From the human T2T-CHM13v2.0 reference genome, Homo sapiens: a stretch of DNA of 64,000 nucleotides. The position numbers and the translations under genes were made by a program. Location of the stretch: assembly GCF_009914755.1 (NCBI RefSeq), contig NC_060937.1; one strand, written 5' to 3'. Each line of letters starts with the position of its first letter. The first letter of the stretch is position 1. Below the pieces are notes generated by a model. That model saw nothing but the letters and a program-made list of their open reading frames with translations, was not told the DNA's origin and did no database searches. Positions 1-11,916 of this stretch are shown here, piece by piece.

Positions 1-882
1 AGCGTAACTCACAAAGCTTATGCCAACTGTTTTCTTTTGGCAGGTCACCAGTGCCACTTAGCTCTCAGTTTAGCAATTATAGGTGCTAATTGCTTTGAAG
101 TTTATCAATCTACCTAAAGGCAAAAGCAATCATCTGCTTAGTTAGATTATTATTCACATCAAGATCATTAATGTGTCTTTGCCCATCAGAATAATGTGTA
201 GTTTGGTAAAATGAAAAGAAACTTGTGTTAGGAGTTAAAGATCTGGGACCTAGAATTTCATCATTTATTTTCTGGGTGTCCTTGGAAGAAATTATTTGTT
301 TTCTCTTGGCCGCTATCACACTTAAAATTTAGAATAATCCCTATGCAACTTTATTTATATTTTCTAAGATTATTGAAAGAATGCATTACTTACAGCTACA
401 TGTAATAGGTTAATTAATATTTTAACAAATTAATAAATAAATATATTTTAAATTTTTTTTCACACAAAAAGCAAGTAAAAGAGCCAGAGGGAACACCTAG
501 TTTTACCCTCTAGTTTTATAGGTAACTAAACTGAGACTCAAAGAATTTCATTAACTTAAGCAATGTTTTCACGTTAGTGGAAATAGAAATTCAATGTGCT
601 TTCCATTAGGTCACATTTGTTCTATTTTGAAGATCAAAAGAGATAATAGATGAAATCTATAATATAGAAATGATAATATACTATACTGAGTATTTGAATA
701 GCATATTAGCAAAGGAGAGTAGGTAATGGCATCTTTATTTTCCAAATAAAAAAACAAATACATAGGTCAATTGAAAGATTACTGGGGTCAGCTATCAAGG
801 GTAATGGGTTGGGTTTTTGTTGTCTCTCCCTGATAATATACAGTTTGCTTTCAGTAGGGACGAAACTTACTAGTCACTAAGT

Positions 883-1015
883 GGCAGCATAGAATAATGA
901 AAACAGCATAAGCTCTTGAGGCAAGCAAAGTTAGGTTGCAAACCTGGGCCCATCCCCTACTAGCTATATCACTTTGGGTAAACACTCAGTATCCCTGAAT
1001 ATGGCATTCCTCAGG
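883..1015 (+). mobile_element. MIR SINE fragment
   Basis: ggcagcatagaataatgaaaacagcataagctcttgaggcaag...ctactagctatatcactttgggtaaacactcagt resembles the MIR 5' half and core; boundaries approximate. Confidence 0.6.
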
Positions 1016-1236
1016 AAAAAAAAACCAGACATATCTTATTAGTAATGATACTACTAAATATTTATGGAATGTTTATCATGTGATAGTTACTGCTTTAATA
1101 GTTTACTATTACTGTTTTAATAGTTTTAAATGTATTAACTCATTGAATCCCCAGAATAGAATTATTGTGAAAGCTATGTGAGAAGATAAAATATGTAAAG
1201 CACCTGTTATAATCTTCCTTCCTCTTACATACTACC

Positions 1237-1287
1237 GGTAAGTTTGATATTCATGCTAGTGAACATGGCATGAACATCAAACTTACC
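1237..1287. repeat. Inverted repeat with 20-bp arms (1 mismatch) and 11-nt loop
   Basis: ggtaagtttgatattcatgc (1237-1256) is the reverse complement of gcatgaacatcaaacttacc (1268-1287) except at one position. Confidence 0.95.
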
Positions 1288-1386
1288 TAATTTGAGTCAC
1301 TGTGGAAAGAGTAGGGGACCCACATGTCGCAAGCATATGCCATGGCAAATGGGACCCCTACTCTTTCCACAATGACTCAAATTAGG
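1286..1386. repeat. Inverted repeat with 37-bp arms (2 mismatches) and 27-nt loop
   Basis: cctaatttgagtcactgtggaaagagtaggggaccca (1286-1322) pairs with tgggacccctactctttccacaatgactcaaattagg (1350-1386). Confidence 0.95.
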
Positions 1387-2269
1387 ATGCATAAGAATGG
1401 GAAGAGAAAATATAATGATAGTGATTGTTTCCTATATATCACAATTTGGAGATAAATAATCGATCTTTAGTGTTTTTGCCGAGCATTAATGACAGTGATG
1501 CCCTGGCAATGCTCTGCTGTAACATCATGGTCATCTCCACTTAATCTGAAAGAAAAAAATCATTTCCACGTATGTGTTTTTAAATTTGTGTTGTTGATGT
1601 TTGTCCATGAGTAAGCAAAAATATCTTTCCTCTAACAAATGTCTTCTGATTAAAATATAGGCAAACCACATTCATTATATAAGCATATATCATCTGATTC
1701 CTGCAATTTGATCTTTTTTTAAAAAAAAAAGCATAAGGAGAAGGGCCAAATTTTTAAAAAAAAAAGATTTTTTGTCAAGGAATTATATCCTATAATCAAA
1801 ATCAAAATTGACTTTCCAGTTAGGAAAGGAATTCAGGTCAAGTATGTGAACTAGCAGTTTCAAAACATGACCACATACATGGTTTAGAACAAATATTAAA
1901 AACAAACTCTTTTTGCTGTCCTATTTACCAGAAGGTCTTTTCAGCAGTTTCTGTAAATTCTTACCTTGTTGCCAAAGAGTGATTTGAGGTTCAAAAGCAA
2001 CTAGAGAATAGAGCTATTATTTCTTTGACTTTTCATTAATTCTGGGCCTTATGGTGACTGAACATCTTTCTTTCCAGAAGCTCAGAGACATTGTTTACTG
2101 AGCTGCTATGCTAATTTGTACTTTGGAACAAAGCTTGAGCTAGTACTTACTTCAGAGATGGTTCAAATGAATTGAGTAGAAGCAGTGGTACCCAGATCCT
2201 GTAGTTTTGGAGATTGCCAAAACCTCAACAACAAACTATTTGATGATTACTCTTAAATCTATACCTTTA

Positions 2270-3210
2270 GTCAATCTTTCTTCTGAATTCTAAATATATT
2301 AACTGTGCATAATATCCTCACCTAGAGGTTCCAGAGACACCTAAAATTCAACTTCTCCCATATGTATTTATAATATTCTACTCCAACCTGCTAACTCTTT
2401 GGTATTCTACATCTTGGTTAATGATTTACTTATCCACCTAGAAATCCCAGCCAGAAACCTGCCATCGCTGTTGATTCTTCCTCTTGTTCAGCATTTATAC
2501 CCAATGAATCTCTCCTGACCATCAGTTCTACTTCCAGAAAGTCATTGAATCTGCCCGTTCTTCCAACCACTATCCTCATTTTCTCTCTCCTGGATTATTG
2601 TCATAGCTTCCTAATGGGTCTGCCTGTCTCCAGGGTAACCACTTTCCATTCCACCCACTGAACTGTGCCAGAGTGTGCTTTCTGAATAACAAATCTGATC
2701 TTGTCACTCACACAATTAAAATCCTCCAGTGGATCCCAGCCACTTACAGCATGAAAATTCAAACTCCAGAGCACAGCCACAAAGACTGTTTTTGATCTGG
2801 CTGCTAGGTCTTTCATCAGCAACCCAGGACAATCCTTCCTGAACTTCTCACAGTTTGGCCCCGCGTAACGCTCTCTTGTGTTTCTCCGGCTTTGCACGTG
2901 CAGTGTTCATGCCTGGAACAGCCTTTCTCTTTTCTACCCCCTAAACACCTACTCATCCTTCTAGATGTCGTTCAGTGGCACCTGTTCTGTGTAGCTCTTC
3001 CTATGCTCATCTGTGCATATTCTCAGTAGCAATCACATGCACATCCATATAATAGGTTTTACTTCATTGCATTTTAATTCTGTTTATATATTTGTTTCCC
3101 CCTCCTTTCTGTGAATTCATTTGAGCATTGTCTTTGTATTCCCAGCATCTAGCAGAGCGCCTGGCAGTAGAGTAGGGACTCAGTGCATGTTTGCTGAATA
3201 TGAATGAATA
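2270..3210 (+). mobile_element. L2 LINE 3' portion
   Basis: Typical L2 motifs (cacctaaaattcaac, ctggattattgtcatagcttcctaatgggtct, acaaatctgatcttgtcact) ending in cagcatctagcagagcgcctggcagtagagtagggactcagtgcatgtttgctgaatatgaatgaa. Confidence 0.8.
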
Positions 3211-4299
3211 CCAAGGCAGCTGGTCTCAGTCAAACTGCAGCAACGCTGGGCATGCAGCTCAACATCCTCTGAGACTCTGTCCTCATTTTGCGAAATTAGG
3301 GACAACCAGACCTATCTTCCTGTCCTATCATAAGAATTAAAGAAGACATGGGAGTATTCCGTATACAGTAAGTTGATACTTGCATAAATATATTATATGT
3401 AAGATCATGTAATTATTGTGACCCATTACACAGTGAACAAGATATTTTTAAAAACTGATTTAGCAATACATATGGCACATAAGGACACTTCACAAAACAG
3501 ACGTAGAATGTACCTGCCTTCTACTCTCATCCTGGTGAACTTATGCTCTAAAGTCTGGCTTCAGAGTTGGAGAGTCTCCCAAGCCTATCCTGTCTCCGCC
3601 CAAGCAGAACTTATCATGGTCCTCTCTAGGCTCCCTATATATCTGGTATATATTTCTCTTATATCTTGCACCACTGCATACAGTTTTTGTTTATGTGTTT
3701 GTCTTTTTCCCATTCTATTGGACCTCCTCAAGATGTTATCTAATTTTCCCAGAGCTGTTACTTCCCTTTTCTCAGTGATTACTCCTCTGCAAAGTGGGTC
3801 TCATTCAGATTCCCAGAACAAACTGAGGACAATATCCCACAGTTCCCCGGATTGTCCCTCCCCTGGATGAAGGGTATGGTGCTCTGGGAAGTACCCCAGG
3901 GTTCATGAGTTATTATCTGAATTCCCCTTGATGGCTGCCTAACTTGTGCTTCAGGCTCCAGGGTGTATTGGAGGTTTCCCAGGCATTTTGCAGCATGATT
4001 TATTTCAGAGCTTTAAATGGATGTGTTGTCCTTGCTTTCCCTCTCAGTATCAGCTCAAGTCTCTGTATGAGGCTTGGCACATTCTGTTTACTCCCCGGTT
4101 TACTCTTTGCTAATGTGCTGAGCTTTGCTCAGGAACCCTGAGCTATTCAGGGGCATATCTCCTGGACGACAACCAACAGCCTTCCTGGATCTCCTCCCAT
4201 TCCTCCGCTCCTCTGCTCTCCTTCCTTCACTTCCTCCTCTGCCTTTTTTTCCCTCCTCCTCTTTCTATACTAAAATAGTTTTTTAAAAGCAGCCAATTG

Positions 4300-4520
4300 T
4301 CTTTGAAGATTTGCTCAGTGCCAGGCCTTGTGCCAAGTGCTGTACATGCATTATATCATTTTTCTTTGCAATAAATCTATGAGGAATTCCTATCAATGTC
4401 CTTTTTAAAAAAAAAAAAAAAGATAGGACACTAAAGCTTAGAGAGATAACCTGACTTGGCAGACATTTCAAACCAATTGGGTCTGCTTGAGTCTAAAACT
4501 CTTGCTCTTGATCCAGATGA
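4300..4520 (-). mobile_element. MIR SINE
   Basis: gtgccaggccttgtgccaagtgctgtacatgcattatatcattt...gataggacactaaagcttagagagataac matches antisense MIR. Confidence 0.65.
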
Positions 4521-4853
4521 TATTGTGCCTCTGAGTCATCACTGACCCCACCTCTGTCACGCTTTTCTGACTCCCACACTTTCCTCTGAGGCCTCTGCCC
4601 TACCACTGGTGGCACAGTTTTGCCTGCCTGTGACTTGGAGGTTTATGGTCAGCTGCACATCCATGGTCAACCCCCATTGCATCTGCTGTATGATCTCCAT
4701 CTACCTCCTTAGTCTGCCTTTCTTTAAGTACCACATCTTGTTACCCTCACCTCCTGACACATAAAAAGTTAGGAACTGTGACTTCTTTACTTTATAGTCC
4801 TAAATTGTCCCGCAAGTGGACCCCAAACAAATCTGTTTAACAAATAAATATAT

Positions 4854-5164
4854 GGCTGGGCACGGTGGCTCACGCCTGTAATCCCAGCACTTTGGGAGGC
4901 CGAGGTGGGCAGATCACCTGAGGTCAGGAGTTCGAGACCAGCCTCAACATGGAGAAACCCCATCTCTACTAAAAATACAAAATTAGCTGGGTGTGGTGGT
5001 GTATGCCTGTAATCCCAGCTACTCAGGAGGCTGAGGTAGGAGAATTGCTTGAACCTGGGAGGCGGAGGTTGTGGTGAGCCGAGATCGCACCATTGCACTC
5101 CACTCCAGCCTGGGCAACAAGAGTGAAACTCCGTCTCCAAAAAAAAAAAAAAAAAAAAAAAAAA
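4854..5164 (+). mobile_element. Full-length Alu, AluSp-like
   Basis: Dimeric Alu with Sp-type atggagaaacccc and gtggtgagccgagatcgcaccattg; poly-A tail; perfect TSD aacaaataaatatat (4839-4853 / 5165-5179). Confidence 0.97.
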
Positions 5165-5399
5165 AACAAATAAATATATCTTTAACATGAAAATAATAGG
5201 TAATATGTGAATTAAAAAAATATCCAAAATTCTTAGGACCACTAATTATTTTAAACATTGTCCATTTTATATAGAAATACTTGATATGTTAATTTGCATT
5301 TTTTTTTGAAGAAGATTCCTCACAGCTGATTAGTAGGCAATTTTGTTGGTTTGGGTTGAATTAAGGCGATATATTTAAATTTAAATGTAGAAAACTGGG

Positions 5400-5822
5400 T
5401 GCTATGGTTTGGATATGGTTTGTCCCCACCCAAACTCATGTTGAAATGGGAATCCCAATGTGGCAGTGTTGGAAAGTGGGGCCTAGTGAAGGTGTTTAGG
5501 TCATGGGGGTGGATCCCTTGTGTATACATTAATGGTCTCGCATGGGGTGAATTCTTGCTCTCATGAAAGTGGGTGATTAAAAAGTGTCTGGCAGTCTCAG
5601 TTGCTTTCTTTTGCTTCCTTTTCTTACCGTGGGATCCCTTTCCACACAACTGCTCCCATTCTGCTTTCTGCCATGAGTGGAAGCAGCATGAGGCCCTTAC
5701 CAGATGCAGCTGCCCAATTTTGGACTTTTCAGCCACCAGAATTGTGAACCAAATAAAACATTTTTTCTTGATGAATTCCAGTCTCAGGTATCTGTTATAG
5801 CAATACAAACTGGACTAAGAGA
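5400..5822 (+). mobile_element. MaLR solo LTR, MSTB-like
   Basis: Starts tgctatggtttggatatggtttgtcccc; ends aataaa...ccagtctcaggtatctgttatagcaatacaaactggactaaga. Confidence 0.85.
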
Positions 5823-6327
5823 CTAAGTTCTTTTAAAACTGGAAAGAAAGATTTAGCCGCACAAAAATATTTCTGTAACTTCTTCCAAATCTTAACTTTA
5901 GTGTTTCATTATAAGAAGAAGCAATCATGTTGTTTGTGATGTCTCATGATTTTGATCACGGGCAAATCCTAGTCCAGTTTTGGGCTTTCAAGGAGCTACT
6001 TGTAAAATCAGATAGTTGGTAGAGCAAAGCTAATTTAAAGTCAGACATTTAACTTTGTGATCATGAGCTGTAACGTGAATGCCTTTTGTTTTGTGTAAGG
6101 TAACCTAAATCAGGAGTTTTATTCCTTGAGCTCTAAGCGTATATGAGGAACAAAAGAAATAAGTATTCTGTATTAGTCAAGAAAGATATTACTTTAAAAA
6201 ATAATTTTTGGATCCACGAGTCAAATTCTGCAAATTTCTATTTACAGGTTTGCTGCCTATTATGTTAATCCTGTATAATATGTCAGAAAAAGTGGACACT
6301 TATCTGTCTAAAAATAGAATAGTAGTC

Positions 6328-8726
6328 CAGGCATACCTCACTTCATTCATTGTGCTTCACTTTATTGCACTTTGCAGATATTACATTTTTTATAAATGGA
6401 AGGGTTGTGGCAACCCTGCATCTATCAAGTCTATCAGCACCATTTTTCCAACAGCATATGCCCATTTTGTGTCTCTGTTTCACATTTTGGTAATTCTCAC
6501 AATGTTTCAAACTTTTTCATTATTATTACATATACTGTGGTGATCTGTGAGCAGTGATTTTTGATGCCATATTGTTATCATTTTGGGGGTGCCACAAACC
6601 ACACTATATAAGTTAACAAATTCTATTGATAAATGTGTGTGTTCTGACTTCTTCACCCATTGGCCATTCCCTCACCTCTCTCCCTCTCCTTTGGCCTCCC
6701 TCTTCCCTAAGACACAACAATATTGAAATTAGGCCAATTAGTACCCTTCAATGGTTGATAAGTGTTCAAATAAGAGGAAGAGTTACACATCTCTCACTTT
6801 AAATCAAAAGTAAGAAATGATCAAGCGTAGTAAGGAAGGCATGTCAAATGCCAAGATATGCCAAAAACTAGGCCTCCTGCAGCAAACAACCAACTTGTGA
6901 CTGCAAAGGAAAAGTTCTTAAAGAAAATTAAAAGTGCTACTCTAGTGAACACATAAGAAATAAGAAATAATAATAAGAAGGTGAAATAATCTAATTACTA
7001 ATAGGGAGCAAGTTACAGTGCTCTGGATAGAAGATCAAACCAGCCACAACATTCTCTTAAGTCAAAGCCTAATCCAAAGCAAGACTCTAAATCTCTTCAA
7101 TTCTATAAAGGTTGAGAGAGGTGAGGAAGCTGCAGAAGAAAAGTTTGAAGCTAGCAGAAGCTAGTTTATGAGGTTTAAGAAAAGAAGCCTTCTCCATAAG
7201 TAAAAGTGCAAAGTGAAGCAGTATGTATTGATGTAGAAGCTGCAGTAAGTTATCAAGAAGATTCAGCCAAGATCATTGATGAAGGTGGCTACACTAAACA
7301 ATAGGTTTCTCATATAGATGAAACAGCCTTATGTTGGAAGAAGAGGCCATCTAGGCCTTTTACAGCTAGAAAGGAAAAGTTAATGCCTGGCTTCAAAGCT
7401 TCAAAGAACAGGCTGACTCTCTTGATAAGGGCTAAGGGCAGCTAGTGACTTTAAGTTGATCCAGTGCTTATGTATCATTCTGAAAATCCTGAAGTTCTGA
7501 AGAATTACACCAAATCTATTCTTGCTGTACTCTAGAAATGGAAAATTAAAACTGGATGGCAACACATTTGTTTACAGCATAGTTTACTGATTATTTTAAG
7601 CCCACTAGTTGAGACCCACTGCTCAAAGATTCCTTTCAAAATACTATTGCTCATTGACAATGCACCTGGTCACCTAAGAGCTCTTGATGGAGATTTACAA
7701 GGATATTAATGTTGTTTTCGTGCCTGTTAATTCAACATGCATTCTGCAGTCCATGTATCAATGAGTCATTTCAACTTTCAGGTCTCATAATTTATGAAAT
7801 ACATTTTGTAAGGTTATAGCTGCCACAGACAGTAAATCCTTTCATGGATCTGAACAAAGTAAATCAAAAACCTTTTGGAAAGGGCTCACCATTCTATATG
7901 CCATTAAGAACATTCATGATTCATGGTAAGAGGTCAAAATGTCAACATTAACAGGAATTTAGAAGAAGTTGATTCCGACCCTAATGGATGACTTGAAGGG
8001 GTTCAAGACTTCCGTAGAGGAAGGAACTGCAGATGTCACGAAAATAACAAGAGAACTAGAATTAGAAGTGGAGCCTGAAAATGTGACTGAATTGCTGCAA
8101 CCTTGTAATAAAACTTGAATGGATGAGGAGTTGCTTCTTAAGGATGAGCAAAGACAGTGATTTTCTGAGATGGAATTTACTCCTGGTGAAGATGCTGTGA
8201 ACATTTTTGAAATGGCAACAAAAGATTTATAATATTACATAAACTCAATTGATAAAGCAGTGGCAGGGTTTGAGAGGATTGACTCTAATTTTGAAACAAG
8301 TTCTACTGTGGGTAAAATGCTATCAAACAGAATTGCATGCTACAGAGAAATTTTTCATAAATGGAAGAGTCAATCAACGTGACAAATATCATTGTTGTCA
8401 TATATTTTAAAATCCTCACAGCCACCTCAACCTTCAGCAACCACTATCCTGATCAGTTAGAAGCCATCAACATTGAAGCAAGAACCTCTACCAACAAACA
8501 TTACAACTTGCTAAAGGCTCAGATATTAATCAGTAAGTTATTTTTAAATTAAGCTATGTACTTTTTTAGATATAATGCTATTGCACACTTAATAGACTAC
8601 AGTATGGTATAAACATAACTTTTATATGCAGTGGGAAACCAAAACAATTCATGTGACTTTATTGTGATATTCACTTTATTGGAGTGGGCCTAGAACTGAA
8701 CCTGCAATATCTCTAAGGTATGCCTG
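6328..8726 (+). mobile_element. Full-length Tigger1 (pogo-family) DNA transposon
   Basis: TIRs caggcatacct (6328) and aggtatgcctg (8726) followed by TA; about 2.4 kb; internal sequence follows the recalled Tigger1 consensus throughout. Confidence 0.95.
6751..8118 (+). pseudogene. Disrupted Tigger1 transposase
   Basis: ATG at 6751 (MVDKCSNKRKSYTSLTLNQK then stop); catalytic-region motifs IDETALCWK (about 7314-7340) and ILLLIDNAPGH (7641-7673); many stops and frameshifts. Confidence 0.85.
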
Positions 8727-9192
8727 TATTTATTCACCTCACTGTACTGTTATAACGGCTCTACCAATTCATGTAGACTAAGATTAGCAGTGAGGAGCTG
8801 CAAAGGCAAGGATTGAATTAGAGGGAAAAATAGTGCCACACTAAAGGTTATTAGATAGTTCAGTCTCTAGAGCAAAATGAATTGTCTCTTCTTGTCATTC
8901 ATAAGATGATCAAAAATGTCTTCCACCCAGATCTATAGTCTAATCTTTACTGTTCAACTAAGTGAATTTTTTTTGAGAAACTACTTTAAGGTTTAACATC
9001 ACGTGGCAGATGTAATAATCATGCAGTTCTTTTATTTAATATCCACAACTACACTGAATGTATATACTTACATAAAGCTATAGAATCCACCATTATTTTA
9101 ATTTTTGTGTGTATTATAACTGATCTTTTCCAATTGGTTTTATAGATTAAGCAGCTAATACAAATTCCGACTTACAAAAATCCCCATCTTGA

Positions 9193-9803
9193 ATATAAAT
9201 TAGTTCAATCATTATGGAAGACGTGACGATTCCTCAAAGATCTAGAACCAGAACTACCATTTGACCCAGCAATCCCATTACTGGGTATATACCCAAAGGC
9301 ATATAAATCATTCAATTACAAAGATACATGCACACATATGTTCATTGCAGCACTATTCACAATAGCAAAGACATGGAATCAACCCAAATGCCCATCAATG
9401 AAAGAATAGATAAAGAAAATGTGGTACATATACACCATGGAATACTACACAGCCATAAAAAGGAATGAGATCATGTCCTTTGCAGGGACATGGATGGAGC
9501 TGGAAACCATTAGCCTCAGCAAACTAACACAGGAACAGAAAACCAAACACTGAATGTTCTCACTTATAAGTGGGAGCTGAACAATGAAAACACATGGACA
9601 CAGGGAAGGGAACAACACACACTGGGGCTTGCTGGGGGTGGGGGCAGGGTTAGGGAAGGGAGAGGATCAGGAAAAACAGCTAATGCATGCTGGGCTTGAT
9701 ACCTAGGCAATCGATTGATAGGTGCAGCAAATCACCATGGCACATGTTTACTATGTAACAAATCTGCACATCCTGCACATATACCCTGGAACCTAACAAT
9801 AAA
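9193..9803 (+). mobile_element. 5'-truncated L1PA (older primate L1, about PA10-13): ORF2 end and 3' UTR
   Basis: ccatttgacccagcaatcccattactgggtatataccc...gttctcacttataagtgggagctgaacaatg...ctgcacatcctgcacat, ending in aataaa. Confidence 0.92.
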
Positions 9804-10584
9804 CACCCACTAGCTCGTCAGTATGTATGTGTGGGTGCATTTGAAATGCACTCTTAAGATAAATAGAATTTTAAAAGGTAGGTTTGCCAAAAAAGATTAG
9901 TTTAAACCAATGAATGAAATGTATTTTGGTCTTTATAAAAATGTAATTTTATCATTTTTTTAAAATTCATGCAAGAACAATGTGTCTACTCTGCCACCTG
10001 AGATTTCCTCATTCATTCATTTAGCACATCATTACTGATTAGCAGCTTTAAACCGTATGTTATTCAACCCCGGAGATGTTTATTAAAGAGTAATGTCTAT
10101 GATTTATCTCCCAGCAAGGACAGCCTTTATGTCCTTTTAGTAATTCTACATGTCAAGTCTCCAAGCCCCTACTTTCATGAATAATAGAGAACTTAGAGGG
10201 TTGTATATGTGGAACCAGAAAGTAGTCTAGAAGACACCAATATTTATGTTCTTGGTAAGATTAATTTCCAATTTGTCCACAGATCCATTGAATTCATTGC
10301 CAAATGCTAAGAGGCGTGTGTCTATCCTTTCTTAACTCTGGGAATCCTGTAGAGGGTGGGGTGTGGTTTTATATGAGCCGCTCATGTATAGCCACAGATC
10401 ACTTGTCCTCTGCTTTATAACCTCTCTTTCTGGTTCCTGCCCTCACCATCCATTTGCAGCTGATGGTCCTCCAAGATGTCTCTCTGCCCTTGTGCCACAG
10501 CCAGGCCCTGTCCAGACAGTCATTCATTTTTCCATGTCATTACTGTTCTTGCCTTTTGCATACACTGTACTCTGCTAAGTCATC

Positions 10585-11007
10585 TGTAGTAGGCAGAATA
10601 ATGTGCCTCCTCCCTCCAAAAAATATGTCCACTATCAAATCAAATTCCTAAAACTCGTGACTATTATGTTGCATGGCAAAGAGGAATTTAGTGTGCAGAT
10701 CAGATTAAGGTGGCTCATCAGCTAATCTTAAAACACGGAGAGTATTCTAACTTATCCCAGTGGCCTAATGTCATTATAAGGTCCTTAAATGGAAGAGGAA
10801 AGCAAAAGAGGACATCAGAGTGAAGCAATGGAAGGACTTGATGCATATTTGCTGGCTTTAGATGGGGCCACGGTCTAGGGGATGTGGGCAGCCTCTAGGA
10901 GCTGGGAAAGTCCAGGTAACAGATATTGCCCTAGAGCCTGTTTTAGTGTTGTTTTAAGCCACCAAGTTAGTGGTAATTTGTTATAATAGCCACAGAAGTA
11001 AAATGCA
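10585..11007 (+). mobile_element. MLT1D-like MaLR solo LTR, internally deleted, inside an L2 relic
   Basis: Starts tgtagtaggcagaataatg; ends ttttaagccaccaagttagtggtaatttgttataatagccacagaag; near-TSD tcatc / gcatc. Confidence 0.8.
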
Positions 11008-11550
11008 GCATCCCTCTGATGGAGATGTGTTGTCTTGTGTAACTTCTGGAAAATGGGACATCCACACTCTCCTAGAGCATTCATATATTGATCTTTAAGT
11101 TTTGGTGACTGTCTCTCCCCAGACAGGAGGACATCTCTACCTTTCTCACATCAATGCCTCTTCAAAGGGAGGGTCCTACAGAGAAATGCCTGGACCTCTG
11201 GTGATACACTAATTTTATTTTTTAAATAGTCTTCTCCCATTTGGGGCACAGATATTCCAGACTTGTTGGAGAGTACTGAGTGAGGAATTGGTGAAGCTCA
11301 CCTTACTGGTACTTGAAACTACTGTTTCCTTTTATGCATATGCCAAGCAGAGGTGACAGGCCCAGCATGCGAGACATGACATTCTTGCGGTGATTTTTCT
11401 GGTAAAGGCCCATGTTTTTTTAGTGAATCTGGCTCCTGCTCCACCCCCACCCCCTGCATCGGGTATGCTAGCATCTACCAAACATGAATGGCCAGCAGGT
11501 CCCATGCTCTTCCCTGTGGAGATTTGGAGCCCCAAGAAAATCACGCATGC

Positions 11551-11916
11551 GCATAAAAAAGAATGAGATCACATCCTTAGCAGCAACATAGATGAAGCCG
11601 GAGGCCTTTATCCTCAGCAAACTAACACAGGGACAGAACACCAAATACCACATTTGCTCAGTTATAAATGGGAGCTAAACTTTGAGTATGTATGGACACA
11701 AAGAAGGGAACAACAAACACCGGGGCCTACTTGAGGGTGGAGGGTTAAAGAAGTGTGAGAATCAAAAAACTACCTATCAGGTACTATGCTTATTACCTGG
11801 GTGACAAAATAATCCGTACACGAAATCCCTGTGATGTGCAATGTACCTATATATAAAACCTGCACATGTACTCTTGAACCTAAAAGTTAAAAAAATAAAA
11901 GTAATAAGTAAATAAA
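11551..11916 (+). mobile_element. 5'-truncated L1PA15/16-like 3' end
   Basis: L1 3' UTR (aaactacctatcaggtactatgcttattacctgggtgac), A-rich tail, 17-bp TSD aagaaaatcacgcatgc (11534-11550) / aagaaaatcaggcacgc (11917-11933). Confidence 0.92.

Noticed and set aside
3418-3870. 150-aa ORF
   Set aside because: Non-ATG start, no domain, partly over degenerate L2-like sequence.
4787-5258. 151-aa and 79-aa ORFs, and similar ones at 12641, 17158, 25182, 38122, 45144-45839, 52399, 58885 and 60371
   Set aside because: Translations of Alu/FAM sequence (e.g. [18 protein letters not shown]); standard artefacts.
5320-5808. 162-aa minus-strand ORF
   Set aside because: Lies within the MST LTR; no recognisable protein.
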